From contig NKIB01013060.1 of the NCBI GenBank assembly GCA_002256025.1, positions 1 to 64,000 of the forward strand: a stretch of DNA of 64,000 nt, read 5' to 3'. Every line of letters begins with the position of its first letter. Position 1 is the stretch's first letter. This DNA comes from Asterionella formosa (Eukaryota). Made by a program: the position numbers and the translations under genes. Below, one piece after another: positions 12,816 through 23,184 of this stretch. The notes beneath the pieces were generated by a model. It made no database searches. It had not been told where the DNA came from and saw only the letters and a list, made by a program, of their open reading frames with translations.

Positions 12816-13945
12816 GGTTGCGGCCCCGGCTTAACCCTAGTTTGGAGAAAATATCGCTAGGGTTGTAAAAACGGTGTGGAACAGGGAGTTTCCTACTATG
12901 AATTCCCATGATTCGAGTGTCCATTTGAATATTTGAATTAAATAGGAATCGGCGCCAGATTGACAGAGTTCCATTTCAAACAAACAAAAATGATTTTTAT
13001 ATGTTGACACTATAACTACGTTGCTGTATCTAGACATGATTTTGCTCAATGCCAAAACACATATACAAATTAGGAGTATGCCGACATGTATGCTCATGGT
13101 TCGTGTTTATGCGTTATATTGAATCTTCGCTGATGAATGTTGGTATAATAAAGATCATTACGGTACCAGGTACCAAAGTACCAGAGTACACCGGTAGTAC
13201 ATATTCTCGGTTCATGACGATGGAAGACAGGATGAAACTAGTACCGGTGTACCGGTACTGATTTTACCTGCTGGTATGGTACATGTAATACGTGTGGTTC
13301 AAGTGTGGCTGGCGTGATTTTACAAGACCGGAATACTTCAGCCAATCTGGAGCAGGTAAGTAAATTCAATTCAACCAATCAGAATATGTGCAGTAACGCG
13401 GGAACTCACCCTGGAGTCGTTACGGACTGAGAGTTAAGCAGCAAAACATACATACGCAAGACTGTAAGTCTACCAGAACGTTTTGCACATACAAATGGCG
13501 ACTGTTGAAAAAGCCGATCGGGTCGACTTTTTGGAGGAGGATTGCTCTACATCTGCTGGGTTTCATCAAGATAAAAGTAGATAGCCGTGTACCCTATAAC
13601 GTCAGGAGTTAACTTCTGGAGAGAAACTGCAGTTATTTATCGTAGATTTTTAGAAAAGCTTCGTGGCCCCTTTTTGGACTATTTTTGCGATAGTTACGAA
13701 TCTACGATACATAGTAACTGCAGTTTCTTTCCAGAAATGAGGTCCTCAACATATCCGTAGATAGAACATACCCCGAAGTCGACCCATGACTGTATCTAAG
13801 CATGTGCAAAGTGGTCATATTGGTGAAAGCTAATTTTACCTTTAACTATAATATTTACTTGTTCATAATGTGTGGATTAAGTTCCATCATATAATTATTT
13901 TGGGAAAAAACGGACCTCGCAATGTGTAACTGCGGGGCCGCAACC
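12816..13945. mobile_element. Non-autonomous Kolobok-type DNA transposon (MITE-like), copy A
   Basis: Perfect 13-bp TIR GGTTGCGGCCCCG, TTAA on both sides (12812-15, 13946-49), no ORF; full-length inverted homolog at 33202-34358. Confidence 0.88.
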
Positions 13946-14100
13946 TTAAATACTGGTATATAAGATATTCAGCTATTAAGGTTGCTGTATTTGAACCCCT
14001 AGCTCGAGGTAGGGTTAATAGAATAATATTGAGTCAGAATAATCAAACACATACTTTTCACATAGTACAAATTAAATATGTATAACGCTCAACAGAGCTT

Positions 14101-14433
14101 TCACCAATACATTGTAATGTGGTAGGCACTATTGTTTTGTAGGTAAGTTACAAAGGCACGAACAGTTTGTTTACTATATTCGTCAACAAATGTACTAACA
14201 CATGTTCTGCAAAACACATTTTCCTGCAGCAATGTCGACAACGAAGGATAATCGATGACTTGATTCCTGCTTTGCTGAAAAGCTGGTTGAATGGTAGATG
14301 TGATTGTTTCAGGAGGAGGTTGTTTGATTGTAGGACACCACCAATTCTGATTTTCGTCGTTGACTATATTCCGACGTCCATGACCACCAACTCCAATTTC
14401 TGCTAAAAGACGGCCACCATTAGAGCGCGGCAT
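14101..14433 (-). pseudogene. Truncated N-terminus of a Kolobok/Mutator-like transposase
   Basis: NQVIDYPSLSTLLQENVFCRTC resembles the N-terminal 'N.IvD...L..l......C..C' motif of Kolobok-type transposases; ORF ends ~120 bp from the TIR with no DDE core. Confidence 0.55.
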
Positions 14434-14634
14434 GTTGCTTTAGTTGTCTATGTTGTTTGTTGTTATTACTGATGTGTTAAATTAATAAATTATAAAACAA
14501 CGTTGACAAAATAATTTAGAAAACAAGAAGAGTACATGCCACCTCACTTCTAGATGATGAGTTTGAAACAACATACATACTAGATGCATTGATGTCAAAT
14601 ATTCTATTGAAGTGAATGAAAATAATAAAATAAA

Positions 14635-15168
14635 CTAATCACTACTAGATTTTGAACGTTTATAAACTGGTTTGAAGCCAGTGTACTCTTCGTTTCGGTC
14701 CTTGCTTTTCAATTGGGATCGAACCCCCTTCAAACAACAGTCAGGAAGTTCCATGCGATCACCTTTTCCCAATGGTCAACAGTAATTTCTGATTAAAAAC
14801 TTGTAGAGAAGGTTGCGGGCTCTTGACGCTGTAATCTCTTCATCCTTCAGTTTGCTGAGAATGTTATCATCTTCTAAAAAAATTTCCACCAACTCTTCGA
14901 CTTCATCCCATCGGCACTGACATTCAGGGCATCCAAAATCACAGCATTCGCAGAAGATGCGACTCTCACATCCCTCCACATCTGACTCTACAATCAACTG
15001 GTCTTGACATGTTGGACAGGTATCATGCTGACTGTAGTTGAATGGATCATCCCCCTTGTTGTGATGATGATGTGTAATTTCGCTCATGGTTGATTGTTGC
15101 GTTTTTTGTTTCTTACCAGTATAGTCATCAAAGATATTTGCCATGCTGCCAGCTTGATTCTCTGACAC
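14635..15168 (-). pseudogene. KolX-like accessory protein (P2X7 C-terminal 'ballast'-like, Cys-rich), one premature TGA at 14778-14776
   Basis: Reading through the stop gives ARNLLYKFLIRNYC*PLGKGDRMELPDCCLKGVRSQLKSKDRNEEYTGFK, matching the R..Y..F......LG.G.R..LP.C....IR........Y.GF signature; upstream CxxC/CxCC/CxxC. Confidence 0.8.
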
Positions 15169-15686
15169 ACATACGTTGATCGTATTATATGTATATATAC
15201 ATTCAGTGATGGAGAATGTTTACATATATATTTAGTGAATTCGAAAAGGAATCTATGTACATACGCGCAAATTTCCACTGATTTAATTATTTCAAATGGA
15301 ATCAAGTCATTCAAGAATAGCTAATAAAATTCTTAATTCCAGGGAATTTTTGCAACCCTAAGCAATATTTTAATTTTTCCTAGGGGTTCAAATGCAGCAA
15401 CCTTAAGTGTGTAGAACCCAGGGAACAGACCCGGAAACCTCCTGACGTTTTCCCTTGGCTGCTTCCTTACTTCGCTCACGGCCCATCCTGGTTTCTTTCG
15501 TGCTTCGCGTTGTGCTCGGATCATTCCAACGTCAATCATCATGTCATCATGCCGTGGTCGACATCGACCTCTATAATGTCGACAAAATTAGGTCCCTTTC
15601 AAACCATCATCATTGCCTTTTAATCCCTCCCTTGCTAGCAATCCTGTTCGCATTTGCCATTAATTCAAAAGACAAATCAAAGCAAC

Positions 15687-16042
15687 ATGTCGTCGAAATC
15701 AAACTACGATGGTACGTAAAAGTATTTGTGATGCGACGTGTATTGATCTTCACAACATTTCAGACAAGACGTTCTCATTCTACATAGCTGATGCCAACTC
15801 TCTTCTTCATAATTTCAGGAACGCAACATGACGCGAAGTCTCTGCTGATCAATTTATTCAGCACTCTTCTCTTTCTATTGCCGTTTGCCTGTTATTTGGA
15901 CCAACCCAATACAAAGTATTACTGTGGAGGAGTGGTGGCATCCGTTGCAATCGCCTACCTAGTGCCACCCATGGGTTGGAAGCGTCCTCATCCATACTCG
16001 GACATGCCAGACAACACCCCTTTCCCGAGAAAGAATAATTAA
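15687..16042 (+). CDS. Small two-TM hypothetical protein (~82 aa), 2 exons: 15687-15711 and 15819-16042
   Basis: ATG in CAACATG context; phase-1 GTACGT...CTGAT...TTTCAG intron (15712-15818) joins MSSKSNYD-G-TQHDAKSLLINLFSTLLFLLPF in frame. Confidence 0.55.
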
Positions 16043-16348
16043 GGTTTTGAAACCTTTTTTAACAAGCGCAATGGCGAGCAATATATGACAAGGAAGTGTA
16101 TTGTGTGCTGTAAGTCATTTGTTCTGTCAGATGATTTCCCAGAACACATGGAATCGAACTGTTCTCATGCACGAAACAAACGAATACATACCGTGTAGGT
16201 AACATCAATAACTGCACTAGTAGATTTTAGAACATTAAACGAGACCTTCGCATCATAACAAGCCATCGCCATCTCATCAAGGAAGTCATAGTTGGTCCCA
16301 ACCCAAGAAAAAACGCTAGATATCCAACCCAAATGAAGGTACCTCCAG

Positions 16349-17566
16349 TTAAGGTCTTTCGATTCCTTGTTGGCTCGCCTTATTATTTTGACTTGCCGGA
16401 CTCACCTTGTTGCACGAGCCACAAGTCACCAACAAGGCAGATTTTTTAACCTGGCAAAATGTCTGACAATGCAAACACACTACAACATGTTCATCAGGTG
16501 GAATCGCTGACTTATCTCGGGTCTTGACAGTAACGACACCCCTCTGCAGATCTGGTTCTCGCCGTTTAGAAATTGTACTCATCCATCGTCGAGATATCCG
16601 TGGTTTGGGCATTGCAACTTCAACTGTGTCAGTTGGCGCTGGCATTGCCCGCCCTTCTTTGGGAAGTGGTTTTTGGAGCGTCGTCGTACGACGTGGACCA
16701 GATGATTGAATGGTGTTCTCACTGAGAGTGGGATAGGGATTTGACACGCCAGAAATGCCTGATTCTTCTCTACGATGCTGGCGCAAGCTATTGATGGAGT
16801 CAAACGACGCAGAAAGACCTTGCTGACCTCGAAAGTCGCGATTGAACTCACTACCTTGTCGAATGCCAGTGGTGCCTGATTCGTCCCTATGACCAGGCAT
16901 TTTCTTATGAAGCGCGCTATTGTTGGAGTCAAACGACTCAGAAGTAGCAAAACCGAACTGGCCTTGATGGTCTCGATTGAACTCACTACCTTGTCGATAA
17001 TTATTCGACCTAGATCGTTGAAGATTATTGACTTCATCACCGAAGTTATCAAATGCATCGGAGGTGTTCCGAGTGAAACCATCTCGAGCAAAAGACGATG
17101 GACGCATGTTTTGCCGGTCGTACGAGTTGGCTGCCTGGGCAAATCCGAAGTAACGACCCGAACTTGAACCAGAAGAAGCGTAAGAACCAAGAGGTTCAGG
17201 TTCAGCTACAAAAGTCGAAAATGAGGGTTGTCCGGCTAGTTCTGTTGCATACTTCCTTGTTGCTGTATATGAAGAGTCGACTGAATAGTCCATGGCTTGA
17301 CCGGCGCTGGTGTGACCTGCATGATTTGCAGCGGTGGCATAATTCCGTGAAAATTCCATGCTAGTTGTAGTTTGTCTCCCTACAACCGCACTTGTATCTA
17401 TACCATGTGGATACCATTGCATCGAAGGATGATTGCCTTCGCCTTCATCAGGTATTAGTGAACCCATGGCAGGTAATTGCGGTTTGCGGCGACCACTGTA
17501 GCCGCTTGAGTCTTGGCCGTACATGTTTCGCCATTGATCGTTGACATCATCTTGCCTGTACGACAT
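16349..17566 (-). CDS. Hypothetical low-complexity protein with C-terminal CxxC-x11-CxxC zinc ribbon
   Basis: 405-aa ORF; VVCLHCQTFCQVKKSALLVTCGSCNKVSP; internal duplication RQGSEFNRD..GQ.G...SFDS.NS. Confidence 0.8.
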   Translation of the reverse strand: MSYRQDDVNDQWRNMYGQDSSGYSGRRKPQLPAMGSLIPDEGEGNHPSMQWYPHGIDTSAVVGRQTTTSMEFSRNYATAANHAGHTSAGQAMDYSVDSSYTATRKYATELAGQPSFSTFVAEPEPLGSYASSGSSSGRYFGFAQAANSYDRQNMRPSSFARDGFTRNTSDAFDNFGDEVNNLQRSRSNNYRQGSEFNRDHQGQFGFATSESFDSNNSALHKKMPGHRDESGTTGIRQGSEFNRDFRGQQGLSASFDSINSLRQHRREESGISGVSNPYPTLSENTIQSSGPRRTTTLQKPLPKEGRAMPAPTDTVEVAMPKPRISRRWMSTISKRREPDLQRGVVTVKTRDKSAIPPDEHVVVCLHCQTFCQVKKSALLVTCGSCNKVSPASQNNKASQQGIERP

Positions 17567-18039
17567 GATGCTTATTGAGCTGACGTAGTGATGGCTAGGT
17601 CGAGCTCGTTAAAGATCAATGTCTGTGGCGACGATCAAGGCCAAGTCTGGGGCCGAATCAGGTTCAAGTGGCGTATGTTGGTCTGCAGTAATTGTAGCTT
17701 GGTACCTTCTCGTTTTCCCTTCGATTTCTCAAAAAGCAAAAAGGGACACTGTCGAGACTTAGGCCAATCAAGACTCGACTCGACTCAACGGAGTTACGCA
17801 AGGGAGGAATCAAGATGACGGCCGTCGTTTCGATGAATTGTGATGAATCACTTATCGCGCTTCTTTGTTGCTTGATACAATTGTACTCGGTCGTCCCACA
17901 TATAGTGTAGTGGCGAATCTTTTCAATCCACTGTACTTCCAAAGGTTCTGAACGCAACGACTATCGGCTTCTACAAGGACGATGGCATGAATGCAAAGAA
18001 GTTCTCTCGTTTTACTGTGGTGTTGTGTTCAGTGTTGTT

Positions 18040-18400
18040 CATAGGTAGGTACGAGGTACTCCCTTAAGGAGTACCTGTACCGTACCAGTACGGAACATAT
18101 GTTAGTGGTGCCAGCTATGCAGGAGTGAGTACCGGTACCCCGGATTCGAAATGTATTCTTCGTCGGCGAGGTCTTGTATGTTATGTACACATACGTATAT
18201 TTCGCTATCTTCTTTTACATACCGGCATATGTTTTTGAGTCCCATCCCTTGAATTTTGTCCGTCCGCCATACCGGTAGTGTACAGTGCCGGTATGTACTC
18301 CAGTTAAGTACCAGTTACCAGTCACCAGTAAGACCCCTATGAATTTACCTGAATGCCAGTATATTTGCTACACTCCGAGCACAAGGTACCAAATGATACC
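18040..18400. other. TA-flanked micro-motif cluster in divergent promoter region
   Basis: TAGGTAGGTACG, GGAGTACCTGTACCGTACCAGTACGG, GTACCGGTACC, TACCGGTAG, TACCAGTTACCAG. Confidence 0.75.
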
Positions 18401-18531
18401 GTACCTTCACAGATTCTCGCTCTGGATCATATCTTTTTTCATGCACATAATTCTCCTCTCGTTTGGTCCCAGCTTGAAATTGGATTTGTCTGCTCCCAGT
18501 AGCGTTGTTGTCAGCAACGTCAACACGAACA

Positions 18532-21210
18532 ATGAACGTCGTGCGATGCTTCATGTTGGACGCACCCTTGATGTGTCTATTCGCCCTCTACCTATCTTCA
18601 GAAGTCGTTCTTCTTTTGCAGTCTCGGTACTTTTTCCCACAAATAAAGCTCATGGAATGGACTGAAAATCAAAAAACAAACACCGTCGCACTCACATATT
18701 ATGAGCGCCACTGCAACTCCGAACATATTACCACCGATGATATTGGAACGCTTTTGCTCCCTCGAAACGTTACACCAGCAGAAGCGACCCGTCATATGGT
18801 CCGACATGGTGTCCAAGTCTACCCCCAAATCTTGACAGCATCCACAGCCAATGCTGTTCGCCAATACATCTTGGATCGTAATCAAAAAGAAGAAGGCTTT
18901 TTTGTTATCGAAAACAAGGGAAGGTTTAGTTTTGGTATTGACGTCAACGCTGACCCATCCATTCAGCAGGCACTGTCGGAAATAGCGAACCATAAGTCAC
19001 TGGTGCCAGCGCTAGAGCAAATTGTGGGACCGAACCCAGCTATTATTGAATTCACAGCCATTACTAGTGTCTACGGAGCAGACGAACAACGCTTTCACCA
19101 AGATGTGGTGCCAGCCGGGTCGCCTTTTAAATATGCTCGCAACTTTATGCCCTCCTACAGTCTCTTTATACCACTTCAGGATATATCTGCTGAGATGGGA
19201 CCAACCGAAGTATGTCCTGGGACACATGTGTGTCAGGAATCCGCGAAGGACATGTGTGATAAATTAGGCGGTTTGCGATTATCAAATGGGGATCAACCCT
19301 GGAAGAAGGGATTTGGAGCCCTTGTCAATCAGCAACTCTTTCACCGTGGCACTGGACACTTGATGAAAGGTGGGCCAGAACGAGTCCTATTTATATTGAC
19401 ATTTGCTCCCAGACCGCGCTTCGGAAAGAATCAACTCGAGACACGAATGATTGGACAATCAGGGAGTTATTCGCTGAGGTGGAACCAGTGGGGGCACACT
19501 TTGTCCGACTTCGGGTCGGCAAAGAAGAAAATGTCGGAGCCTTTCAGAACCGCCCGGGCACTGGGATTATATGCTCCAACGACGGAATCGTGGGGATGGG
19601 ACATGGCGACTGTGGCCAGTATGCGAATCGCCAATAGTGATAACGGCTATTCAGTAGAAGACTTGGAAAACTTTGTCGAGAATAAGGGCGGATTGGCATG
19701 GTTGCCAGCCTTTTTGAAGGAACCAACTAAAGAGGAGGATGGATGGACGGATTGGATCCTCCGACAGACAGTCAAAGTCAATGCGTTTTTGTGCAAGGCC
19801 TACATCTTCATGTTGGTAATTTATTTGGCTTTGATGGTAATTGCTCAGATTGTTGTTTTGTTTCGACCGTCGGTCAGTCGGAGGCATGTGTTGAGGCGAG
19901 CCATATTGGTTTTGCTGATTACGCATGGAATTATAGCCTTGGCGGCCTCTTTGATTCTCTATCGTGTAGAACATTGCCAATGGGCTAAGAATATCAAGTA
20001 CGGCAAGGCATATGTTGGCGTGCTTTCTGCAGATACGCCAGCATTACCTGGGACTATTCCTTTTGACTTAGATGTGCTGAAGGGTGATCGATACAGTTCA
20101 CCCTACCTTGCCAGCTATAACAAAATGATTGACACTACACACCCTGGCAACCAACTCTGGAGCAACATGATGTCATATCATGCTACCGGGTTTTCGACCT
20201 TGACGACAGAAGTTCAGCTGGGCCTTTGTGCCAATTTGGTTCATGTGACCAAACAATTCAACTTTGGCCGAATGTTGACACAAAATGAAGCTGGAAATTG
20301 GGCGGAAATGTCGAACCGAGCCGCAGTTCGAATCTGTCATAAGGAATTAATGCAACTGGATGTCACTAATGACATCATTGGTCGTATCCTGGTTCATCTC
20401 GACTACATGATCTCCGAGACTCGTCATGGTGTTTGGAAAGGTCAAGCTATTCACAAAGTTCATGTCAGAGATTTTTTGATCAAGCTACAAGACAAGGTTA
20501 TGCACCTTCCGCTGACAAAGATGACGGCATCACATAGCGATGTGGTTATAAAAAAATCAAATGTGAAGGTTGCTAGCACTACAATTATGGTCAAATTCTT
20601 GGCTAGTCCGCCACCGACGTTGAAGTCCCGTGTTGTGTCACCTTCACGCCGAGTGCAATTTACACAACCAGTCCCCGATATCGAACCGGACATTAAAAGC
20701 GCTTGGATACAGGAAGGGGACATTGTAGATGCGCAATATCATGGGGTCTTTAATGAGTGGTATCGAGCCAAGGTAGATGTGGTTTCGTCCAATAGTGGTG
20801 TTGTTGATGTCATATACGACGATGGCGAAATTGATGTTGGACTTTGCCGTCTCTGCGTTCGTCCGTTTGTACCATACGAGGTTGGCGAACCCGTGGCTGC
20901 TCATGATAAAGAAGAAGGCGTGTTCTATGCTGGCCGTGTGGTTCAAGTAAATGCCAAGTCTGCTACATATGACATCCAGACTGACGACAATGGATTAATG
21001 ACTGTGACAGCAGGAAGCATCCGTCGTGCCGTATCGGTCTTGCAGAAAGGAGCTCGAGTAGAAGCAAAGTTTCAGGGAGTAGGGGAAATCTGGTACCCTG
21101 GAACGATAATCGCTGAACATGACGACGGGTCGTTTGATGTTCAATACGATGATGGGGACAAAGAGTTTGAAGTTGAATGGGAGCACATAAGAATTGCATA
21201 TGCATTATAA
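18532..21210 (+). CDS. PhyH-family Fe(II)/2OG dioxygenase fused to TM helices, a DUF6824-like domain and three Tudor/Agenet-like domains
   Basis: HQD, GPTEVCPGTH, LFHRG and RVLFILTF dioxygenase motifs; two TMs; DVL.G...HPGN...GRML....NW.E; three repeats of the type G..V.A.....WY.g.V.......DV.YDDG. Confidence 0.85.
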   Translation: MNVVRCFMLDAPLMCLFALYLSSEVVLLLQSRYFFPQIKLMEWTENQKTNTVALTYYERHCNSEHITTDDIGTLLLPRNVTPAEATRHMVRHGVQVYPQILTASTANAVRQYILDRNQKEEGFFVIENKGRFSFGIDVNADPSIQQALSEIANHKSLVPALEQIVGPNPAIIEFTAITSVYGADEQRFHQDVVPAGSPFKYARNFMPSYSLFIPLQDISAEMGPTEVCPGTHVCQESAKDMCDKLGGLRLSNGDQPWKKGFGALVNQQLFHRGTGHLMKGGPERVLFILTFAPRPRFGKNQLETRMIGQSGSYSLRWNQWGHTLSDFGSAKKKMSEPFRTARALGLYAPTTESWGWDMATVASMRIANSDNGYSVEDLENFVENKGGLAWLPAFLKEPTKEEDGWTDWILRQTVKVNAFLCKAYIFMLVIYLALMVIAQIVVLFRPSVSRRHVLRRAILVLLITHGIIALAASLILYRVEHCQWAKNIKYGKAYVGVLSADTPALPGTIPFDLDVLKGDRYSSPYLASYNKMIDTTHPGNQLWSNMMSYHATGFSTLTTEVQLGLCANLVHVTKQFNFGRMLTQNEAGNWAEMSNRAAVRICHKELMQLDVTNDIIGRILVHLDYMISETRHGVWKGQAIHKVHVRDFLIKLQDKVMHLPLTKMTASHSDVVIKKSNVKVASTTIMVKFLASPPPTLKSRVVSPSRRVQFTQPVPDIEPDIKSAWIQEGDIVDAQYHGVFNEWYRAKVDVVSSNSGVVDVIYDDGEIDVGLCRLCVRPFVPYEVGEPVAAHDKEEGVFYAGRVVQVNAKSATYDIQTDDNGLMTVTAGSIRRAVSVLQKGARVEAKFQGVGEIWYPGTIIAEHDDGSFDVQYDDGDKEFEVEWEHIRIAYAL

Positions 21211-21408
21211 GAATAGACAAGCATGTGGCATTAATACAAAGTTCTATTTCTCGTTGTTTACATGCATTTTACAAGCCTGTGACAAAGAAGAACATTACTG
21301 GTGGTTTGGTTTCGTGACAAGGTATCTAATTGACCTGCTTGCCAATCATGAACCATGAATAATTGGGTTTCAACCATCGTTCACTGTTAAAATGGAATAC
21401 GTTCTTTG

Positions 21409-22391
21409 CTATCTAAACCCATCACCAACTACATACGGGCACTTGTTGTATAACGCTTGGTTTTTCAGAGCTTGCAAAGTAAATTCAGCCAAGTCAACAT
21501 TCATGACCGGTATTGGCCCAGGTTGACTTCTTGAAGCTGCCAATTTCTTTTTTGACGGACCATTTCTCGTCGTTCCTGGCCGCGTCACTATGAAACTAAA
21601 CCAATCTCCTGTGTTGTCGCCAATGTATTTGACAACGGCATCGTGGTCTTTTTGAAGTGCTGTATTGGTGAATATTCCCGAGGCGCCCTTGACCAATTTA
21701 GATAGACCAGGTAGGTGACCACTGGTGTCGATTGAGACGGCAGTGGCCTATAGAAGGAAAAGAGTGGGTTAAAACCAATGGTTGATTTAGGTGAGGTCGC
21801 TACCATGTTGAATGATTGCAACCTTGTAACGTCCTGGCATCGAAAGCATTTAGACTTTCTTAATCTGCGAGAGACAAAGCAAGTCTCAACTCTCAAGACC
21901 GATGGTAATACCGGTAGTCTAATTCAACAGGTTTATTGAACCGCATAACTCACCTGATAGATGAATACTTGAGTATTGCTCTCCTTCATGATGGGGTATA
22001 TTCGTTTGATGAAGTCGACTAATATTCCGCCATTGTAGTCCGATTTGACGAATGAATCCCCCAACAAGCAAATGATGTACGACGCTTCCATTATCACCTG
22101 CTCCAGTTTCTCCAAATCCTCCAATCCACCTACAACTAATTGTAGCTGGTCGTGCTCCACCTCCACTACATCGTTTGCAGCAATTAAAGCCTTGACAGAG
22201 TAGCCGGCATCAAGCATTAGCTTCACGAGGTGTCCGCCAGTGCAGCTTGTAATTCCAAAGAGTCCAATCGTTTCATTGCTGTCGTTGACTTCTGTTTCAA
22301 ATTCCCCATTATCATTATAGAGCGAATCGTCCCCGTCGTCAACCCTGGCGTCAGCATCTGATGAGAGCCTGTCATCAGAGAACTGAGTCAT
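21409..22391 (-). CDS. NAD(P)-binding Rossmann protein, flavin reductase/BLVRB-like, 2 exons: 22391-21954 and 21747-21409
   Basis: IGLFGITSCTGGHLVK dinucleotide-binding start, VTRPG and DLAEF motifs; GTGAGT...TAG intron 21953-21748 in phase 0. Confidence 0.8.
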
Positions 22392-22419
22392 GGTCAGTTG
22401 ATACACTATTTTTGTTTTT

Positions 22420-23100
22420 ACCGGTAAGTTAGTTGTTTGAGTCGGTCTGTAATGATTTTTTAAATCTATACACATCGAGTAGGTCCCAGCACCTGGTACC
22501 TGGTACTGACTTCGAGTACCGCAACCGGTATGTAGTCTACCTGATACTCCTGTACGTTCAATACCAAGAGTTACTGCGTTAGATTTGAAAACATCATCCA
22601 CTATTATTGTCCACTCTACCGGTACCTGTAGTCTACTTGTACATCTGAACATGTACCGTATGTGGTTTGATTGAACTCTTCTTCGTATTTGTCATAAAAC
22701 GAAATAGATTGATACCAGTCTACTACAGTCTACTGACATTGTGGTACGACAATTTTACTACCTGGGTACCATGTGTACCTGCTGCTTGGTAGAATTTCTG
22801 TTATAAATATAAATACACACTGCCTGCCGGTTCATAGCCACATAATAGACTGTATGTAGTCTACCTTCGCTCAGGTAGGTATGTTCTTCTAGCATTACCA
22901 GTTACCAGGTGGAGTGAGGTACCTGGCACCTGCAAGCAAGTTGCGGTCATTTTTGGCACCAGGTAGGGACTCACGGTAAAAGTACACCATGATGCATGGT
23001 CGTGGTACCTGGTACCAGGTACCGGTATCTGTTTCTGGTCCCAATTACCGATACTTTTACTGGGATCATACCGGTGTTTTGTGCGTGTACCAGTAGCCAG
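22420..23100. other. TA-flanked micro-motif cluster in divergent promoter (TACCTGGTA, TACCGGTA, TAGTCTA)
   Basis: ACCTGGTACCTGGTAC, GGTACCTGGTACCAGGTACCGGTA, repeated TAGTCTAC. Confidence 0.8.
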
Positions 23101-23184
23101 ACATCACATCTATCAGGCTTCACCACAATTTGCTTGCATTGACTTGCCCAATATATACACCGTTAGTCTCATACCACCCCACCA

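Larger units (their letters stand above)
13980..15402 (-). mobile_element. Internally deleted Kolobok DNA transposon
   Basis: 23-bp TIR GGTTGCTG(T/C)ATTTGAACCCCTAG (22/23), TTAA TSDs at 13976-79 and 15403-06, GG...CC termini; contains KolX-like and transposase-like remnants. Confidence 0.85.

Noticed and set aside
14776..14778. Selenocysteine or recoded TGA in KolX (C-TGA-P)
   Set aside because: The position corresponds to a typically Gly/variable residue before LG.G.R, the element is deleted and defective, and no SECIS is evident; a simple nonsense mutation is more parsimonious
12812..15406. piggyBac assignment for the TTAA-flanked elements
   Set aside because: piggyBac termini begin CCY; these begin GG and enclose a KolX-like ORF, fitting Kolobok
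22392..22652. N-terminal extension of ORF 21933-22652, and similar VPGT/YQVP-rich short ORFs at 6502, 18285, 47488 and 56449-57194
   Set aside because: These peptides are just translations of the ACCAGGT/ACCGGT micro-motif clusters, not credible coding sequence
23000..23030. Vector polylinker or adaptor contamination (KpnI/AgeI sites)
   Set aside because: The motifs are variable, dispersed across many promoters and introns and embedded in repeats; this is not a fixed synthetic sequence
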